Positions 27,128 to 40,602 are shown, counted from the whole stretch's first letter. The stretch: 63,201 bases of DNA, filler included, from Sphacelaria rigidula (GCA_964200075.2; 11 parts of 11 records of this genome joined end to end with filler, not necessarily neighbours in it), one strand, 5' to 3'. Notes: generated by a model not told the origin, from the sequence alone. Made by a program: numbers and translations.

Positions 27128-27310
27128 CAAAAAAACACGCCAAAATTCGCAAATTCTTGCCCACGACGAGTACCACAGAAGCAAAAGAAGCACGCGCGCA
27201 GGCGCAGCTGAAAGATTCAAACATCCAATAAAGCAGCGGCACAGTGAATCAATCGAAGGATGACACGAATGTTTCATTGTTCTTCCCTGGTAGCACGTGG
27301 CCTTACTTAC

Positions 27311-27466
27311 CGCTGGTTCTGCTGGCGTCGAAGAGCCTGAGCAGTCTCCACTATGCCATGCAGGGCAGGTTGCGCCGATTCATCGAAGACGTCGTCGTCC
27401 TCGTTGTCCTCTGGTTTATCACTGCTCCCGAACATGTACCCCGAATCCTTAGACTGGAACTCCTCT
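27311..27466 (-). CDS. GT48 glucan synthase, acidic insert exon
   Basis: CAG/GTAAG, phase 2 to 2, open frame EEFQSKDSGYMFGSSDKPEDNEDDDVFDES...; links the flanking exons in frame. Confidence 0.75.
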
Positions 27467-28313
27467 CTGCAATTTCAATATTCCCAGGTAGGTGCAGCAA
27501 GACGGAGCGACAACCGCGCGCAATAACTCAATTCCCGTCGCAGTCACAACCAGTACGATTAGAATGCAAATCCGGGAGAAACTGTTCGTAGCTCAGCTCC
27601 TCGGGCATTGGAGCTCAGAAAAACTGAAATTGTCGTTTACTCCTCCGGCTGTTGACATATGGTGTTTCGGTCCGAAGACGACTGTGCTACGAAGATCCAC
27701 AACCCTAGATACCAACTGGTTGAAACTCTCAGCATGCCCTGGGCAGCATACGGTATAGAGCATACCACTGGTTCTCGAAAGAAGGAAGCGGCTTGCCGAA
27801 ATGAGATACTCGTTCACTGCCATCATCATCATCATCATCATCATCCTCGCTGTCATTGGATCCCTTGAGCACGATGGCTACAAAACAGCACTGTGAACTA
27901 TTGGGGGTGGGTACTGTACATAACACGACGATATGACGACGATATTTGATGATTTGATGTTTGTTAGGATATGGTTTATATTTTTGAGTGGGAGTGGTTG
28001 AGAGTGGTTGGGGTTGGATGACTATTTTTGGATTCGATAATTATTTTTTTTGGAAAAAGGGATTTATTAATCAATTAATGTTTGTTGGGATAAGGTTTTA
28101 ATTCTTCGGTTGGGAGCGGTTGAGAGTGGTTGGGTTTGGATGACTATTTTTTGGAGTGGATTATTTTTTTTGGAGACAGGAAACACAATATAGAGGTGTA
28201 GGTAGTCGTGTAGGCCGCACAGAGATGAAAGCATCTCCACGATCCAGGGTATGATGTCACCGTGCAAATGCGAACCCCGTGTGCATAATGTGGAGAATTT
28301 TCATCCAACTCAC

Positions 28314-28540
28314 ATGTTCTCCACTACGGCGAGAAGCCTGACGGCCTGACTGTAGTACATGATACCGCGCACTGTCCTGGAAAGAGTCTGGCCTCGGAAG
28401 CTTGCCCACATTTGCAGCTGGAGCATCATGTCATCGATGTCTATGGTTTTGGCCGCCGTCTCGATCTCGGCCGGGTCAATAGGATCGTCTCCGTCGTCCG
28501 CCCGCTTGTTCTTTACGGCGGCCACAATGGCCCTCAACAC
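28314..28540 (-). CDS. Callose / 1,3-beta-glucan synthase (GT48), exon
   Basis: LQMWASFRGQTLSRTVRGIMYY signature; AG/GTGAG; phase 0 to 2. Confidence 0.93.
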
Positions 28541-28775
28541 CTTTTTCAGAACACTTGTGAATCATGATAATCATGACGTTATTTTGCCACATGGTTTTAG
28601 CGGAAGGGAAGGGACGGGAGATGATTGAACGGGGGGGGGGGGGGGGGGGGGAAAAAGGTTTAAAAAAAATGAAAGNNNNNNNNNNNNNNNNNNNNNNNNN
28701 NNNNNNNNNNNNNNNNNNNTTAATTAATTAANNNNNNNNNNNNNNNNNNNNNNNNNNNNNNNNNNNNNNNNNNNN

Positions 28776-28812
<37 letters not shown>

Positions 28813-30429
28813 CAATAATAATCATAACAATAAGAAGCAGAAGCAGAAGAAGAAGAAGAAGAAGAAGAAGGAGAAGGTGAAGAAGAAGAAGAATCATAAT
28901 AATCATGATAATCATTGGCCGAACTTGTTCCTGGAGGGGTGACGACGATGTTCCGTTTCATTTGAGTCCCAAAACTGCACAAGCGGCCAATCGGCTCCTC
29001 CTCGAAATTCCTCTATTGCATCTTTTTTCGTCTAGAGGGAAAAATAGTCCTTTGGAGATAAAACCCCCTCTAGTGGGTCATAATGCCTCCGGAATGGACA
29101 ATACACGACGCCGTTAGAGGGCGCATGATCCCCTAGAGCACATGATACGGCTGAGGTTGCCTCTGGGGAAATTGGAAAAACGATCGTCTCCAGGATCCAC
29201 CGATGGTGGCATCTACAGCGCTTTCGCGACTTCAGCGGAAACAGCGGTGTGATGCCATCCAGAATGTGAATTATTTTTGGAGTTCGCACATGAAGCCTCT
29301 GCAGAACAGTTTTGTCTCAATGGCCTCTAGGACTTGCGACTCCAGCAATCTTGCAGTAAACTACCACGCCATATAGACCCATGCAAACCCCACACAACTC
29401 ATTCCCATTTACCACCGCAACCCTGCGGCGTAGAGCATGAGTTGGGCACAAGGACAGATACACACTGCAGTAATTGGGTATGATGTGTTTATCTTGTGTT
29501 GGTGAACACTTGAGCATCGTCGTTCATGGTGGGTATCGACGACGGAAATGCGGGGTACGGGGGCGAACGACCGACTTGCGAATACACTCATGGACACTGC
29601 AGACAGTACAAAGATTCACGTTATTCAAATCATTTTCATGTCGCACTGTAAGCAGAGGGTACAGATAGTCCTGTGCTATCTGTACCGCACGTTGCCCGCT
29701 TCTCTTTCGCATCTTATAACACGAAACACGCTCACACGCACACTCTGGCTCGCACAGTTAGCAACGCATGTATTGCAGCTGACGGCATATAACACCTGCC
29801 GATCCAAACCTGCAAGCATGCCGCGTACTCTGCAGTACGGCGGCGCACGCTTCTGCATGGTATGGTACGGCTCAGTACAGCACCATAGCGTGCTTGTACT
29901 TATTCGTATCCCTATCAAAGTACAAACCGCGACCAGAATTATTCGAAGGCCTCTCGCTCCAACGTGATGTTTTGTGCTGATGTTGTACTCTGGACAACGG
30001 GGTCTTTGAATAAGAGGTATTACAAGTGGAGTGTACATACCGTAAATGGAACATCTCGGGCCGTGTTGGTATAGTACATCGGATTTATACACCAGAGGCT
30101 GTTGGAAAATCCTCGTTTTGCCTCACTGATATCGATTGGCGGGCAAAATAAAAACTTTTCGACAACTTCCGCTGTTCGAATCTCTTACTCTGACAACAGT
30201 ACGATAGTATACGAGATTCCTACAGCAAGGCTTTTCGAAACTCCTCATTTTGCCCTATTTCACGATTAATTGGCGAGCAAAATGAGGACTGTCGGACAGA
30301 CTCTGCTGTTCGAAATAAGTCCTCGTTCTCTCCAGTTAAATAAATCGGGGAAGTGGGAACTTTCCTCGAACAGCGTATTGTGCAAATCCCATATACTGTA
30401 TACTGTATTGATGATATACGGGATCTGTA

Positions 30430-30515
30430 CAGCAGAGGCTGTTCGGAATAAATCTTCGTTGTGTCCAATTTACAAATTGAGCAAAGCCGGGATTAACTTC
30501 GAACAGCCTCTGCTG
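30430..30515. mobile_element. Tc1/mariner-type MITE, 86 bp; degenerate siblings at about 30090-30180 and 30223-30380
   Basis: Perfect 16-bp TIR CAGCAGAGGCTGTTCG with TA on both sides. Confidence 0.8.
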
Positions 30516-30994
30516 TAGAAATCCGACATATACTGTAACGATCATGGGATTCTTCGGCACGAGTGCCTTCAGAAACAATCTAGGAGATTTCGATATTGTC
30601 AAAAACCTTCGAGGGGCACTTCGATGTTGGAAATCCGTTAGAGAATTGCGAATGCCTGGGATCCTCTTGTGCGGAGTTTCAACACGGACGGCATGTCGGG
30701 CGACGTTCTGAAAACCCATCAGAGGATTTTCGACGCTAGCCGAATGGTCGCGTGTGTGATCGGCAGATGCCGTTTTCAGAGCTGCGAAATGAGCTTGGAG
30801 ATTATACACACAAGGCTGGTTCCAACTAGATCTGTGCTATCGCCCAGGAAACAAAGAGGCGAAAGAGGCAACAGGAACGACACCTCCAGCGCCAGAAAAC
30901 GGTCCGAAATTCACATAAGATTCCAGGTGAGTGAAATCATATCCCGGTTCTTCGCCCGCTACCCCCTGCCGACGAATCGATGTATTCCTCTGAC

Positions 30995-31164
30995 CTTTCC
31001 CGTCTCAGCTGCTTTTTCCCATCGAGCGACGTACTCGTCAAGTACATCATCCATGAGCGGCTGGAGCTCCACCAGGACGTCCGTAGACATGGCCTGTTCC
31101 AAAAAGTCCCGCACCGTCTTGTGCCAAACGGGATTTGTGCCGACGTTGACGATTGATTTCTTTC
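30995..31164 (-). CDS. Cytochrome P450-like exon (helix C/D region)
   Basis: CAG/GTCAG; GKKSIVNVGTNPVWHKTVRDFLEQAMSTDVLVELQPLMDDVLDEYVARW fits the HxxxR..AFS..L..P.M..W pattern; only one exon seen. Confidence 0.55.
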
Positions 31165-31679
31165 CTGCTCCATCCGAACGCATGTCGGCGGTGGGAGTGG
31201 GGTGCAAAGGGAAAAATAAAGAAGTGGGCTGAGTGAATATCGTACGGTGATTCGTTTGACAAAGTCAAGATCTGCTTTGTGGCAAAAGCAGGCGGTACTT
31301 CGCTGGTGTAGAGTGATACGGCGATACCCCCCTCCTAGAAAGATGACCCGTTCAAAATGATAACAGCCGAGCACAACGGGCAGCTGGGAACTCACGCGCT
31401 TGGGATCAGTTTCGTCAATGTCGCCTACATGATATGCCTCATGGAGTCTCAGACCAGCTGTCATGCGTTGTATGGCTGTTGGTTTCGTGACTCTTTCGGG
31501 GTTGGTTTGAGGAGGGCTATCGCGGGATCACTCTGTACTATGGTACTATAGTCATGCCACAGTAGGGGTTGCATATTTTGTCTCACATGTTTCCCCCCAA
31601 GGGGCTCGTGAAGTTAGGAAGTACCCGGGAATATGGATAAGGACATTCCCGTCTGAACTTTCAGTAGAGATATCCCTAA

Positions 31680-33267
31680 TTACGACGGCATGCGAGATCG
31701 GGTACAGCTAGATAGTGGCGAACTATCAGCGTGGTTCCACGTCTGCCAGGGACTCAGACAAGATTGCTTTTCTTCTCCGCTGTTGTTCAAAACCTTTGGA
31801 GCAGGCTTGGTGGAAGTGATCGTTCAGCGGTTTGCGCCGGACCGAGTCATCGTCTTAGACTTGGTCTCTCTAGATGATGCGCCAAAAGGTGACGGTGGTG
31901 AACCCGTGGAAGAGACACCACTGGAAAAGGTGCGAGGCGCGGTGTGGGCAATGCTTTATGCGGACGAGGCCGTATAGCCTCGAGGACCTCAGAGGGCCTT
32001 GCTCGAATGATGACTGTGATAGTGATGACCTGCCAGGAATTCGGCCTGATGGTCTCCGAGAACAAGACAGAGTCCATGCGTCTTTGGTCAATACCCAGTC
32101 CCACGGAGGCCGCCCTGGATATCAAAGCTTCCGGTCGACGGTATAAGCAGACGGGGGAGTTCATCCACATTGGTGGAGCTATCAGCGCGGATGCGAACAT
32201 GTTTATCGAAATCAACCGCCGTATCAGCGCGGCGTGGGCGCGCATCCAAAAATATAGCTCCCAACTCTACGACCGACCCAACGCCGAGCTATTTTTTAGT
32301 TCCGTTGCTTCAAGCGGAGGTGGTGGAAGCTCTGTTGTATGGATGTGCCACATGGACGCTACGTTCTGAGGACTTCGACAGTCTACGGATTTCCCGTCAC
32401 AAGCTCTTGCTGCGAGTGGTTAGATTCCGCATGAAAGATCGGAATGGCTACAAGAATTATTGGTATAGAGCGGTGCTCGAGATGACCAACTGCGAATGTA
32501 TCGAGAGGACTATCCGCAAACGTCAACTCTGGTTCGGGGGAGCTCTTGTCCAGCAGAATGACACACGCCTTCCGAAGCGCGTCATGAACGGTCGGCTTTG
32601 CACACGGGGACCCACGGGGGCCGACTGCCCCCCCAAGCAACGGGAGGCTGTCCCGCACGAGGGAGCCCGACGGAAGTTGTTCGTCTACGGTGTAGATGTT
32701 AACGATGCATACGATTGGGTCACTGCGGCGAAGAACTTGGGTAAATGGCATATTGAAGTCGATAAAGGAGCGGAAGAGTTCAAGGGCACGTACAGATGCG
32801 CGGACAAACGAGAACCAGACTGCCGTCATAGACGAGAGGCTGCTGCGTCGAGCGCCGCCAATCGAAGAATCCTGTCTGCTTATACCGGTCGTTGATTATG
32901 TATTTAGTCGGTGGCTCAGCAGTGCCCACTGGTCTGTGTCTGTGTCTACTCTGCTGCCCTGAGCCCCTCGGGCTTTTTCGTTTTTAGTCACTATTTCATT
33001 CAATTTTTTCCCTGCTCTTTCCTTTCCTCTTCTTTTCCTTTTTTTATTTTAGATGGGCGATTTTTTTCCGTGTGTTGCTTTTGTTGACTTTTTCATTATT
33101 ATCATGATTATGACCATGTCTTTTTTGTCCACGACTTAGTCTACTTTGTCGTTCTGTTCGACGTTTTTCTGTTCCTTTTTTTCTTCAGCGAGTGTTTCAG
33201 TTTTGCTTTCTTGGGTACGTCCATCATGCGACCACGGCTGGACCCCTGGGGGGGCAGTTAAAGTGCG

Positions 33268-33298
<31 letters not shown>
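31680..33298 (+). mobile_element. 5'-truncated decayed RTE LINE with (CAAT)n tail
   Basis: QGLRQDC.SPLLF, MLYADE, FGLMVSENKTE, EALLYGCATW, RLPKRVMNG; 3' CCACGGCTGG motif followed by (CAAT)n. Confidence 0.92.
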
Positions 33299-34143
33299 CA
33301 GTCTTCGCATAGGATATCGTCATTCGAGAGCCTGTCCATTTGAGTCGCACAAACATTATCGTTGCCGTGTGATTGATTGGGCTGTCCGTATCATGTCAGT
33401 GGTGTCACAGTAGATGTGCATCGTTTTGGCCAAACATTGCCTGAGATTGCACGCTTGGGCCAAGACTTTATTGATTCAGGGGCTCCCAATATGAAGAGTC
33501 TGAGAATATTTTGTGAACCCTTACCGTGGCACCACTTTAGTGTGAATACGGCTGCGAGGAGATGGTCAGGAGGGCTTTTCCATAAACCCAGGTAACTTTT
33601 TGCGATCATTTGACCGTGCCCCCGACACCGTTGTTGACGCGTGGTGAGGGCTACGGCGAAGAGTCTCGAAGGATTCAACACTTGAATTTCAATCGTCGGG
33701 GCCTTTAACTGGATGTTGATTCAAGGAGTTTTTCTGATTTGGCCGTGATGACAATGAGGCAAGGGAGGACCATGCATGTCGTGGCGGCAGTTGGACTACT
33801 CACATATGCGTTGGAGTGATTCAACGGTGGGAGTGAAATTCGGAAACCAGACGTTTTCTGAAGCTGCACGCCAAGGCCCGGGTCTTCGTCATCGATAGGC
33901 TCCTCAAGCGCAGAGCCTCCTAAAAATATGTGTACCCCTACCGTAGAACCACTCATTGGACTACCGTGCATGATAATCATGCGATGTACGGATCACGTTA
34001 CACCTACAGTACTTGAGACAGGAACCGAAACAAACATGACATACTTGAGACAGCACACGTTGACCACAGTCTCTCCGCCAACCGTTGATGTGCTTCAGTT
34101 CATACAAGTGTTTTGTTGACGCTATCTATCATTGTAGTAGTAG

Positions 34144-34278
34144 CCAACCTACGTTGTGTCTGATCTTCGCCTTACCGAAGAGATTAGCAATACTCTGGGG
34201 CCAGATCCGAACGATGGTTCCTTTCTTCTCTTCTCGGATAAGCCATCGCGTGGCGACCTGCGCAGCGATGACCTGAAG
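34144..34278 (+). CDS. Possible isolated exon, unknown protein
   Basis: TAG/GTAAAC-bounded, 135 nt, open frame PTYVVSDLRLTEEISNTLGPDPNDGSFLLFSDKPSRGDLRSDDLK; no motif recognised. Confidence 0.3.
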
Positions 34279-34530
34279 GTAAACGGGGTGGCAGCAGAAA
34301 GAAGAGCAACAGAGAGCAAGGGTGTAAGACGCTTCGTAATTTCAAAAGCCGTAGACGACCCCCGGAAACCACACCCCCCCCCCCCCCCCCCCACCCCCCC
34401 CCACCGCTCCCGTCTAGCGTCTTCAATTCANNNNNNNNNNNNNNNNNNNNNNNNNNNNNNNNNNNNNNNNNNNNTTAATTAATTAANNNNNNNNNNNNNN
34501 NNNNNNNNNNNNNNNNNNNNNNNNNNNNNN

Positions 34531-34600
<70 letters not shown>

Positions 34601-35465
34601 TCATGTCTCTGTCCGGGTTGTGTTATGGTAGGTTAAAGAAAAAGAAAGGTAAGCTACTCTATTTCATGTCCATGTCCGGGCTGTGTTATCGTAGGATAAA
34701 GAAAAGGAGGGTCAGCTTCTTTGTTCCATATCTACGTCCGGGCTGTGTTATGGTAGATTGAAGAAAAAGGAAGGTTATTTTTTCTATTTCATGTCTATAC
34801 CCGGGCTGCGTTATGGTAGCTTAACAAAAAAGGAGGGTTTGCTTCTCTATTTCATGTCTATGTCCGGGATGTGTTATGGTAGGTTAAAGAAAAAGGAAGG
34901 TTAGCTTCTCTATTCATGTCTATGTCCGGGATGTGTTATGGTAGGATGAAGAAAAAGGAGGGTCAGCTTCTCTATTTTATGTCTATGTCCGGGCTGTGCT
35001 ATCGTAGGTTGAAGAAAAAGGAAGGTTCGCTTCTTTGTTCCATGTCTATGTCCGGTTTGTGTTATGGTAGGTTGAAGAAAAAGAAGGGTTCGCTCATCTA
35101 TTACATGTCTATGTCCAGGCTGTGTTATGGCAGGTGAAATACAACGGGGGGTCAGCTTATCCATTTCATGTCTATACCCGAGCTGTGTTATGTCAGGTTG
35201 AAATGGAAGGAGGGTGAGCTTCTCTATTCCATGTCTATGCCCGAGCTGTGTTATGGTAGATTGAAGAAAAAGGAGGGTCAGCTTGTCTATTCCATGTCTA
35301 TGTCCGGGCTGTGTTGTGGTAGATTGAATGACAAGGAGAGTCAGCTTCTCTATCTCATGTTTATGCCTGGGCTGTGTTTTGGTAGGGTAAATCACAAGGA
35401 GGGTGAGCTTCTCTATTTCATGTTCATATCCGGGCTGTGTTATGGGAGGTTTGCAAAAAAGAAGA
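34601..35465. repeat. Minisatellite, 62-63-bp unit, about 14 copies
   Basis: Unit TCATGTCTATGTCCGGGCTGTGTTATGGTAGGTTGAAGAAAAAGGAGGGTCAGCTTCTCTATT. Confidence 0.93.
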
Positions 35466-36039
35466 AGGAAAGGGTAGAAATGTAGAGACAGAGAGGAAGG
35501 AAAGTGCTAGAAAAAAGGGAAAACACAGTGACTAAGGAAAATGAAGTATTGTAGTAAAGTTAGGGGGGGAAATACCAGCTTCGGTGCATCATGTCTATTC
35601 ATTTTGTGTGTTTCCGGGTGGAAACCATTGAGTTGTACAGGTTTCCGAATGTTGTGCCCCTCGGTCCGGGACGTTTTTTATCTAGTGGCGGTCCCCCTTA
35701 TATGTACGGTGACAGTCTGTTCATTTGTGTAGGTTTTGGTGCCATGTTTCACAACGCCGTTGCCACTCGACGCCAACCCAAGAGTCTAGAGGTTTGCGGG
35801 CGGGGGGGGGACGATACCAAGCCTGTTATCCCCTAGTTTATAGACGAGGCGTTGGCGGATGCGATCAGCTGCTGTGTACACAAATCCTTGGCATGGAGAC
35901 CGCTGAGATGGCGAACACTCCCCCCCCCCATAAGCTCATATCTTTAGTGGCTCTCTCTACTAGCGAAGGCCCCGATGTATATCCCGGAGCGGCCGCTGCC
36001 CCAAGCTTGGCATGGCGTAAGATAATGTTGCTACATTGG

Positions 36040-39000
36040 CTACAGACTACAGACACTCCGCAGCAAGAGAAAAGAGAGATGTGTCCTGGACTGAGTTAGA
36101 CAACATTGTGAACCGTATGCCCCACAACCATCAGCTGTGTATTTTTGTGGGCGCTAACACGAGGACTGAGGTACGAACAGGCGTGGAGGAGTGTAAAATT
36201 ACGGGGGCATACGGCCGGGACTCCCATTCCAACAACAGTGACGTCACCTCTCTACTGCAATTTGCAGGCAACAACAGGCCTGCACTGGTCAACACGTTCT
36301 TTTCCACCCCCAAGGGAAGCACCTCGCGTACGTTCAACGGTATTGCGAATCGCGTCGCGGACGAAAGAAAACATTGGCTACATCCTCACACGGCAAGATC
36401 ACCGCAGGCTTGTTCGCAAAATCACCGTCCATCTTCACTCCCCCCAACCCGTCGAACTCTGACCACGACATCGTGTACGCCTCAGTGCGGCTCCTTGGTC
36501 ACTTCGCGCACAACAAACCTAGACAAATCATAATTGGGCGTACATCGATCGACAGGCGGGCAATAAGTTCTGACCCCGACAGACGTGAGCGATTCGCCCA
36601 GCTCATCATCTGCGAGGTCAAGCAAAGTATACCTGGCGATAGAGTCAGTTCACTGGCTGCGACCTTTGCCGAGGTACTCTTGAGTGCCGCTGAAAAGATG
36701 GTGCCCCGTCTGACCCGGAAGCCACGTATACCGAGGTGGTTTGAGGATGCTGCTATCCGAACGGAGTTCGATCAGGCTTGGAATGAAAGGGAAAGGGCGA
36801 GATCGACAGTGCGGTTGGGACCATCAAGAGATAAACCCACATGGCGCACATTGTGAGCAGCGTGCAAAAAGGTGACAGAGGTGATCCAAGTTGGGGTGAG
36901 CAAATATATGGATCTGTATGCTAGAGTGTTGGAGGGATATACTCGAACGGGGGACATGAGAGGATGGTACAGACATCTCAACGGAGGGTGGAGATCGTCT
37001 GGACGACCAATCGAGAGTGAGCAGTACATTCGAGATGAGGACGGCAATATACTGCGGGACAAAGGTTTGGTCAGTGAGAGATGGGAACGGTACTTCTCCA
37101 CATTGCTGAACGCCATATCGGCAACCATTCACCGATCCGTCATCGAGAAGATTGCACAACGACCAATAGCGTTGTCACGGGACCCACCAAGCTCGAGTGA
37201 AACTGAGAAAGCTCTGAGAGCTATAGTATGTCGAATGGCCAAGCGACGGGTCCGGATCGTCAACCCGCTGAAATTCTGAAGCTTGGACTGAACGGGGAGG
37301 CGTCGGAGATTCTGTACCACTTCCACAGCATCGTCTTTGCGGTTTGGGCATCTGACGAGGTGCCGCAGGAAGGGAAAGATGTTACCATCAAAGTGCTACA
37401 CACGAAAAAAGATAGGACCGAGTGTGGTAACTGCAGAGGCATTTCACTTGTGGCACATGCTGCTGAAGGTCTCCTCAAAATCGTAGCCAACAGGCTCGAT
37501 ACTTTCTGTGAGAAAACGGATGTCTTCCCGGAAGAGCAGTGTGGATTTTGGCGCCACTGATCGACCACAGACATGATGTTCGTAATACGCCGACTTCAGG
37601 AGTTAGGACGGGCGAGCAGCGTCCCACTAAACATGTGATTTATCGATATGCAGAAAGTCTACGATTCCGTAGACCGCACGCTCCTGTCGGAAGTGCTTGC
37701 TCGGTTCGGATTCCTGCCGCGGGTGACCACGATTATTGGTATGTTACACGACGGCACGCGAGCTCGCTTACAGCTCGATGGTGGCGAACTATCAACGTGG
37801 TTCCATGTCTGCAAGGGACTCAGACAAGGTTGCGTTTCGTCCCCGCTGTTGTTCAACATCTTCGGAGCAGGCTTGGTCGATGTGATCGTTCAGCGGTTCG
37901 CGGCGGACCCAGTCATCGTCTCGAACTTGATTTTTCGAGATGATGCGCGACACGGTGACAGTGGTGAACCCGTAGAAGAGACGCCGCTGGAAAAGGTGCG
38001 GCGCGCGGTGTGGTCATGCTTTATGTGGACGACGCCGGCTTAGTGTTGAGGACCTCAGAAGGCTTTGCTGGAATGATGGCCGTGATGGTGGTGATCTGCC
38101 AGGAATTCGGCCTGATGGTCTCCGAGAGCAATGCAGAGTGCATGCGTTTTCGTCAGTACCCAGTCCCACGGAGGCCGCCCTGCACATCAAAGTTACCGGT
38201 CAACGGTGTAAGCAGGCGGGAGAGTTCGTCTACCCTGGTGGTGCTATCAGCGCGGATGCGAAAATGTCCATCGAAATCAACCACCGTATCAGGGCGGCGT
38301 GGGCGCATATCCGAAAAGATAGCTCCCCAACTCTACGACCGACCCAACGCCCAGCTGTCCTTGAAAGTCCGGCTGCTTAAAGTGGAGGTGGTAGAAGCTC
38401 TGCTGTATGGACGTCACACATGATCGAGTGGTTAGATTCCGCAGAAAAGATTGAAATGGCTACAAGACTCTTTCGTACAGAGCGGTGCACGAGATGACCA
38501 ACTGCGAACGCATCGAGACGACTATCCGAAAACGTCAACTCTGCTTCGCGGGAATCCTTGCCCGGCAGAAGGAAATTACATTGGAAAACATCATTAATAA
38601 AAAAAAACTTTTAGAGATAAATTTNNNNNNNNNNCACTCTTTATGTTTATGGGAACGTTTAAAACAACTAGATTTTAAATATACAAGTATTTATGCAAAA
38701 AATGAAAAAGGAAACACGCCTTCGGAAACGCATCATGAACGGACGGTTAACCACACTAGGGCTCAAGGCGGCCGGTTGCACGTCCCGAGCAATGAGAGGG
38801 AACTCTCCAGGAGAGCCTACTTGCACTAGGGGCTGTTCCGCACGAAGGAGCACGACGAAAATGGTGCATATACGGTGAAGAGGTTAACGATGCATACGAT
38901 TCGGTCACTGCGGCGAAGAAAATGGGCAAATGGCATATTGGAATCGAAAAAGAAGCGGGAAAGATTGAGGACACGTGGCGACGCGCGGACAAGTCGGACC

Positions 39001-39430
39001 GCCGTCACAAACGAGAGGCTGCTGCGTCGAAGACCGCCAATCGAAGAATCATTTCTGTTATCTCGGTTGCTGATTGTGTCCTTAGCCGGTGGGTCTGCTG
39101 TGCCCCCTGGTGCGTGTCTGTGTCTACTCTGCTGCTCCGGATTGTTTGGGCTTCACTGCTGTAGTCTCCTTCCCTGTTTTTTCCCTTTTCTCTATCCCTC
39201 CCACTATATATGTGTCTTTCTCTGCCGGTGTATGACAGAACAGTGTGGCACCTCGCTCCGTTTCTGGCCTTTAGTTTTCTACGATTGAGGGTGTTTCTGC
39301 ACATAATCTTGTACGCCAAAACCAGGTGGCAAAGACCGGCCATTTCTTTCTTCTTTTTCATTTACTTAGTTTCGTTTTTTTTTGTCGTAGTCTACCATTT
39401 CGTTTTGTTCTACTTTTTCAGCCTCTTCTA
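36040..39430 (+). mobile_element. Decayed RTE LINE (endonuclease C-half + RT), same subfamily as 31680-33298
   Basis: [55 protein letters not shown]; many stops and frameshifts. Confidence 0.92.
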
Positions 39431-40039
39431 GTTGTTCAGCTAGTCTACGTGTCCAGAGTTGTCCTCCCGGCAGACTCTTGTACACCCTCATCTTTGTGGA
39501 ACAGAAACGCCATTCAACTCTCCAGGAAATGGCTCTGCACGCGAGCTGAACACCTCGGAAACACGTTCTAGTGCCTCAGCCCCGTGCCCAAGATGCCTGG
39601 GCAGCATGCCCCGACCATTTTGTTTTCTTACAGATGAAATAAGGCTCAACTAAGGCGCGGAAAAGCTTTCCTGCTACCCCTCATCTCCACTTTGGGTGTG
39701 CACTCGTTTTCCCAGATGCAGTAACACAACGTCACCATCATGTTAATCTATCCCTCTCTCCCATGCTCCAAGAATGCATTCACTATTTCATTTGCCCCTG
39801 CTGCCTCTCTTTCTGTTCTTGAGTTTAGCTACACACCCCTTCACTTCCTCTCTTGTGATCTCTTTGCAGTTTTTTTAGCCACTATCTTCCCCTTTCGATA
39901 CCTCTACATTATTTGCCTCCGCTCACGCGTTGATTCTTCCTCGAATTCTCCGCCGAACCTCCTGTTCGTTATTCTTGGTCTTCCTAGTTTTCGGTCGTGC
40001 TCTACTGTTACTTTTACCCCCCCCCCCCTTCGGACTACT

Positions 40040-40185
40040 ATGGTGAGACACCCATGAGGCAGTGCGTAAGCCATGGCTGTCTCTGGAAGTCGCGATACCA
40101 GAAAATAAAGCAACTCATTGTAGGCTGCCATCCAAAGGCAAGAAATCAGAACGCTTCGGGCCGAACAGTCTTAGCAGGATGCAGC
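40040..40185 (+). mobile_element. C-tract SINE-like element, 5'-truncated (contig edge)
   Basis: Matches 56808-56953; preceded by a C-run at 40017-40028. Confidence 0.8.
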
Positions 40186-40602
40186 NNNNNNNNNNNNNNN
40201 NNNNNNNNNNNNNNNNNNNNNNNNNNNNNTTAATTAATTAANNNNNNNNNNNNNNNNNNNNNNNNNNNNNNNNNNNNNNNNNNNNGTGTCGTGCGTTTTT
40301 GGCGGCGGGCGGGGGCGTTGTCCCTCGGAGGGGGGCGGGGGGGGGGTTCAAAGTGTGACAAAAAAAGTAGAAATCAATTCACCCGCCGAAAAGGCTGGCC
40401 CAACCCATATACATGGCATGTAGCAGGAACTGACAGCCACAAAATATACCGTACATCATCAGGATTCTGGGGCCATGGTTAAGCACACGCATTTTTACCT
40501 CGTGCGTGCGGGGGTCATGGTTTGTTTTATGTCTCTTTACACGATGTAGCGTTCGCGCGAAATACCCTTCAAGGTTCGTCCATATTTATTTTATTTGTTC
40601 AC

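Noticed and set aside
27770..27878. Extra poly-Asp glucan synthase exon
   Set aside because: Arises from a (CAT)n microsatellite; its splice phase is incompatible with the neighbouring exons
11905..31164. GluRS-WW-glucan synthase-P450 gene cluster
   Set aside because: The genes lie on different, artificially joined contigs
34910..35395. 161-aa repetitive ORF or CRISPR-like array
   Set aside because: By-product of the minisatellite; no unique spacers and neighbouring units break the frame
40044..40120. HDV-like pseudoknot (GAGACA/TGTCTC with ATGAG/CTCAT)
   Set aside because: The ATGAG strand is not conserved in three other copies and the P3/L3 motif is absent; a simple hairpin fits better
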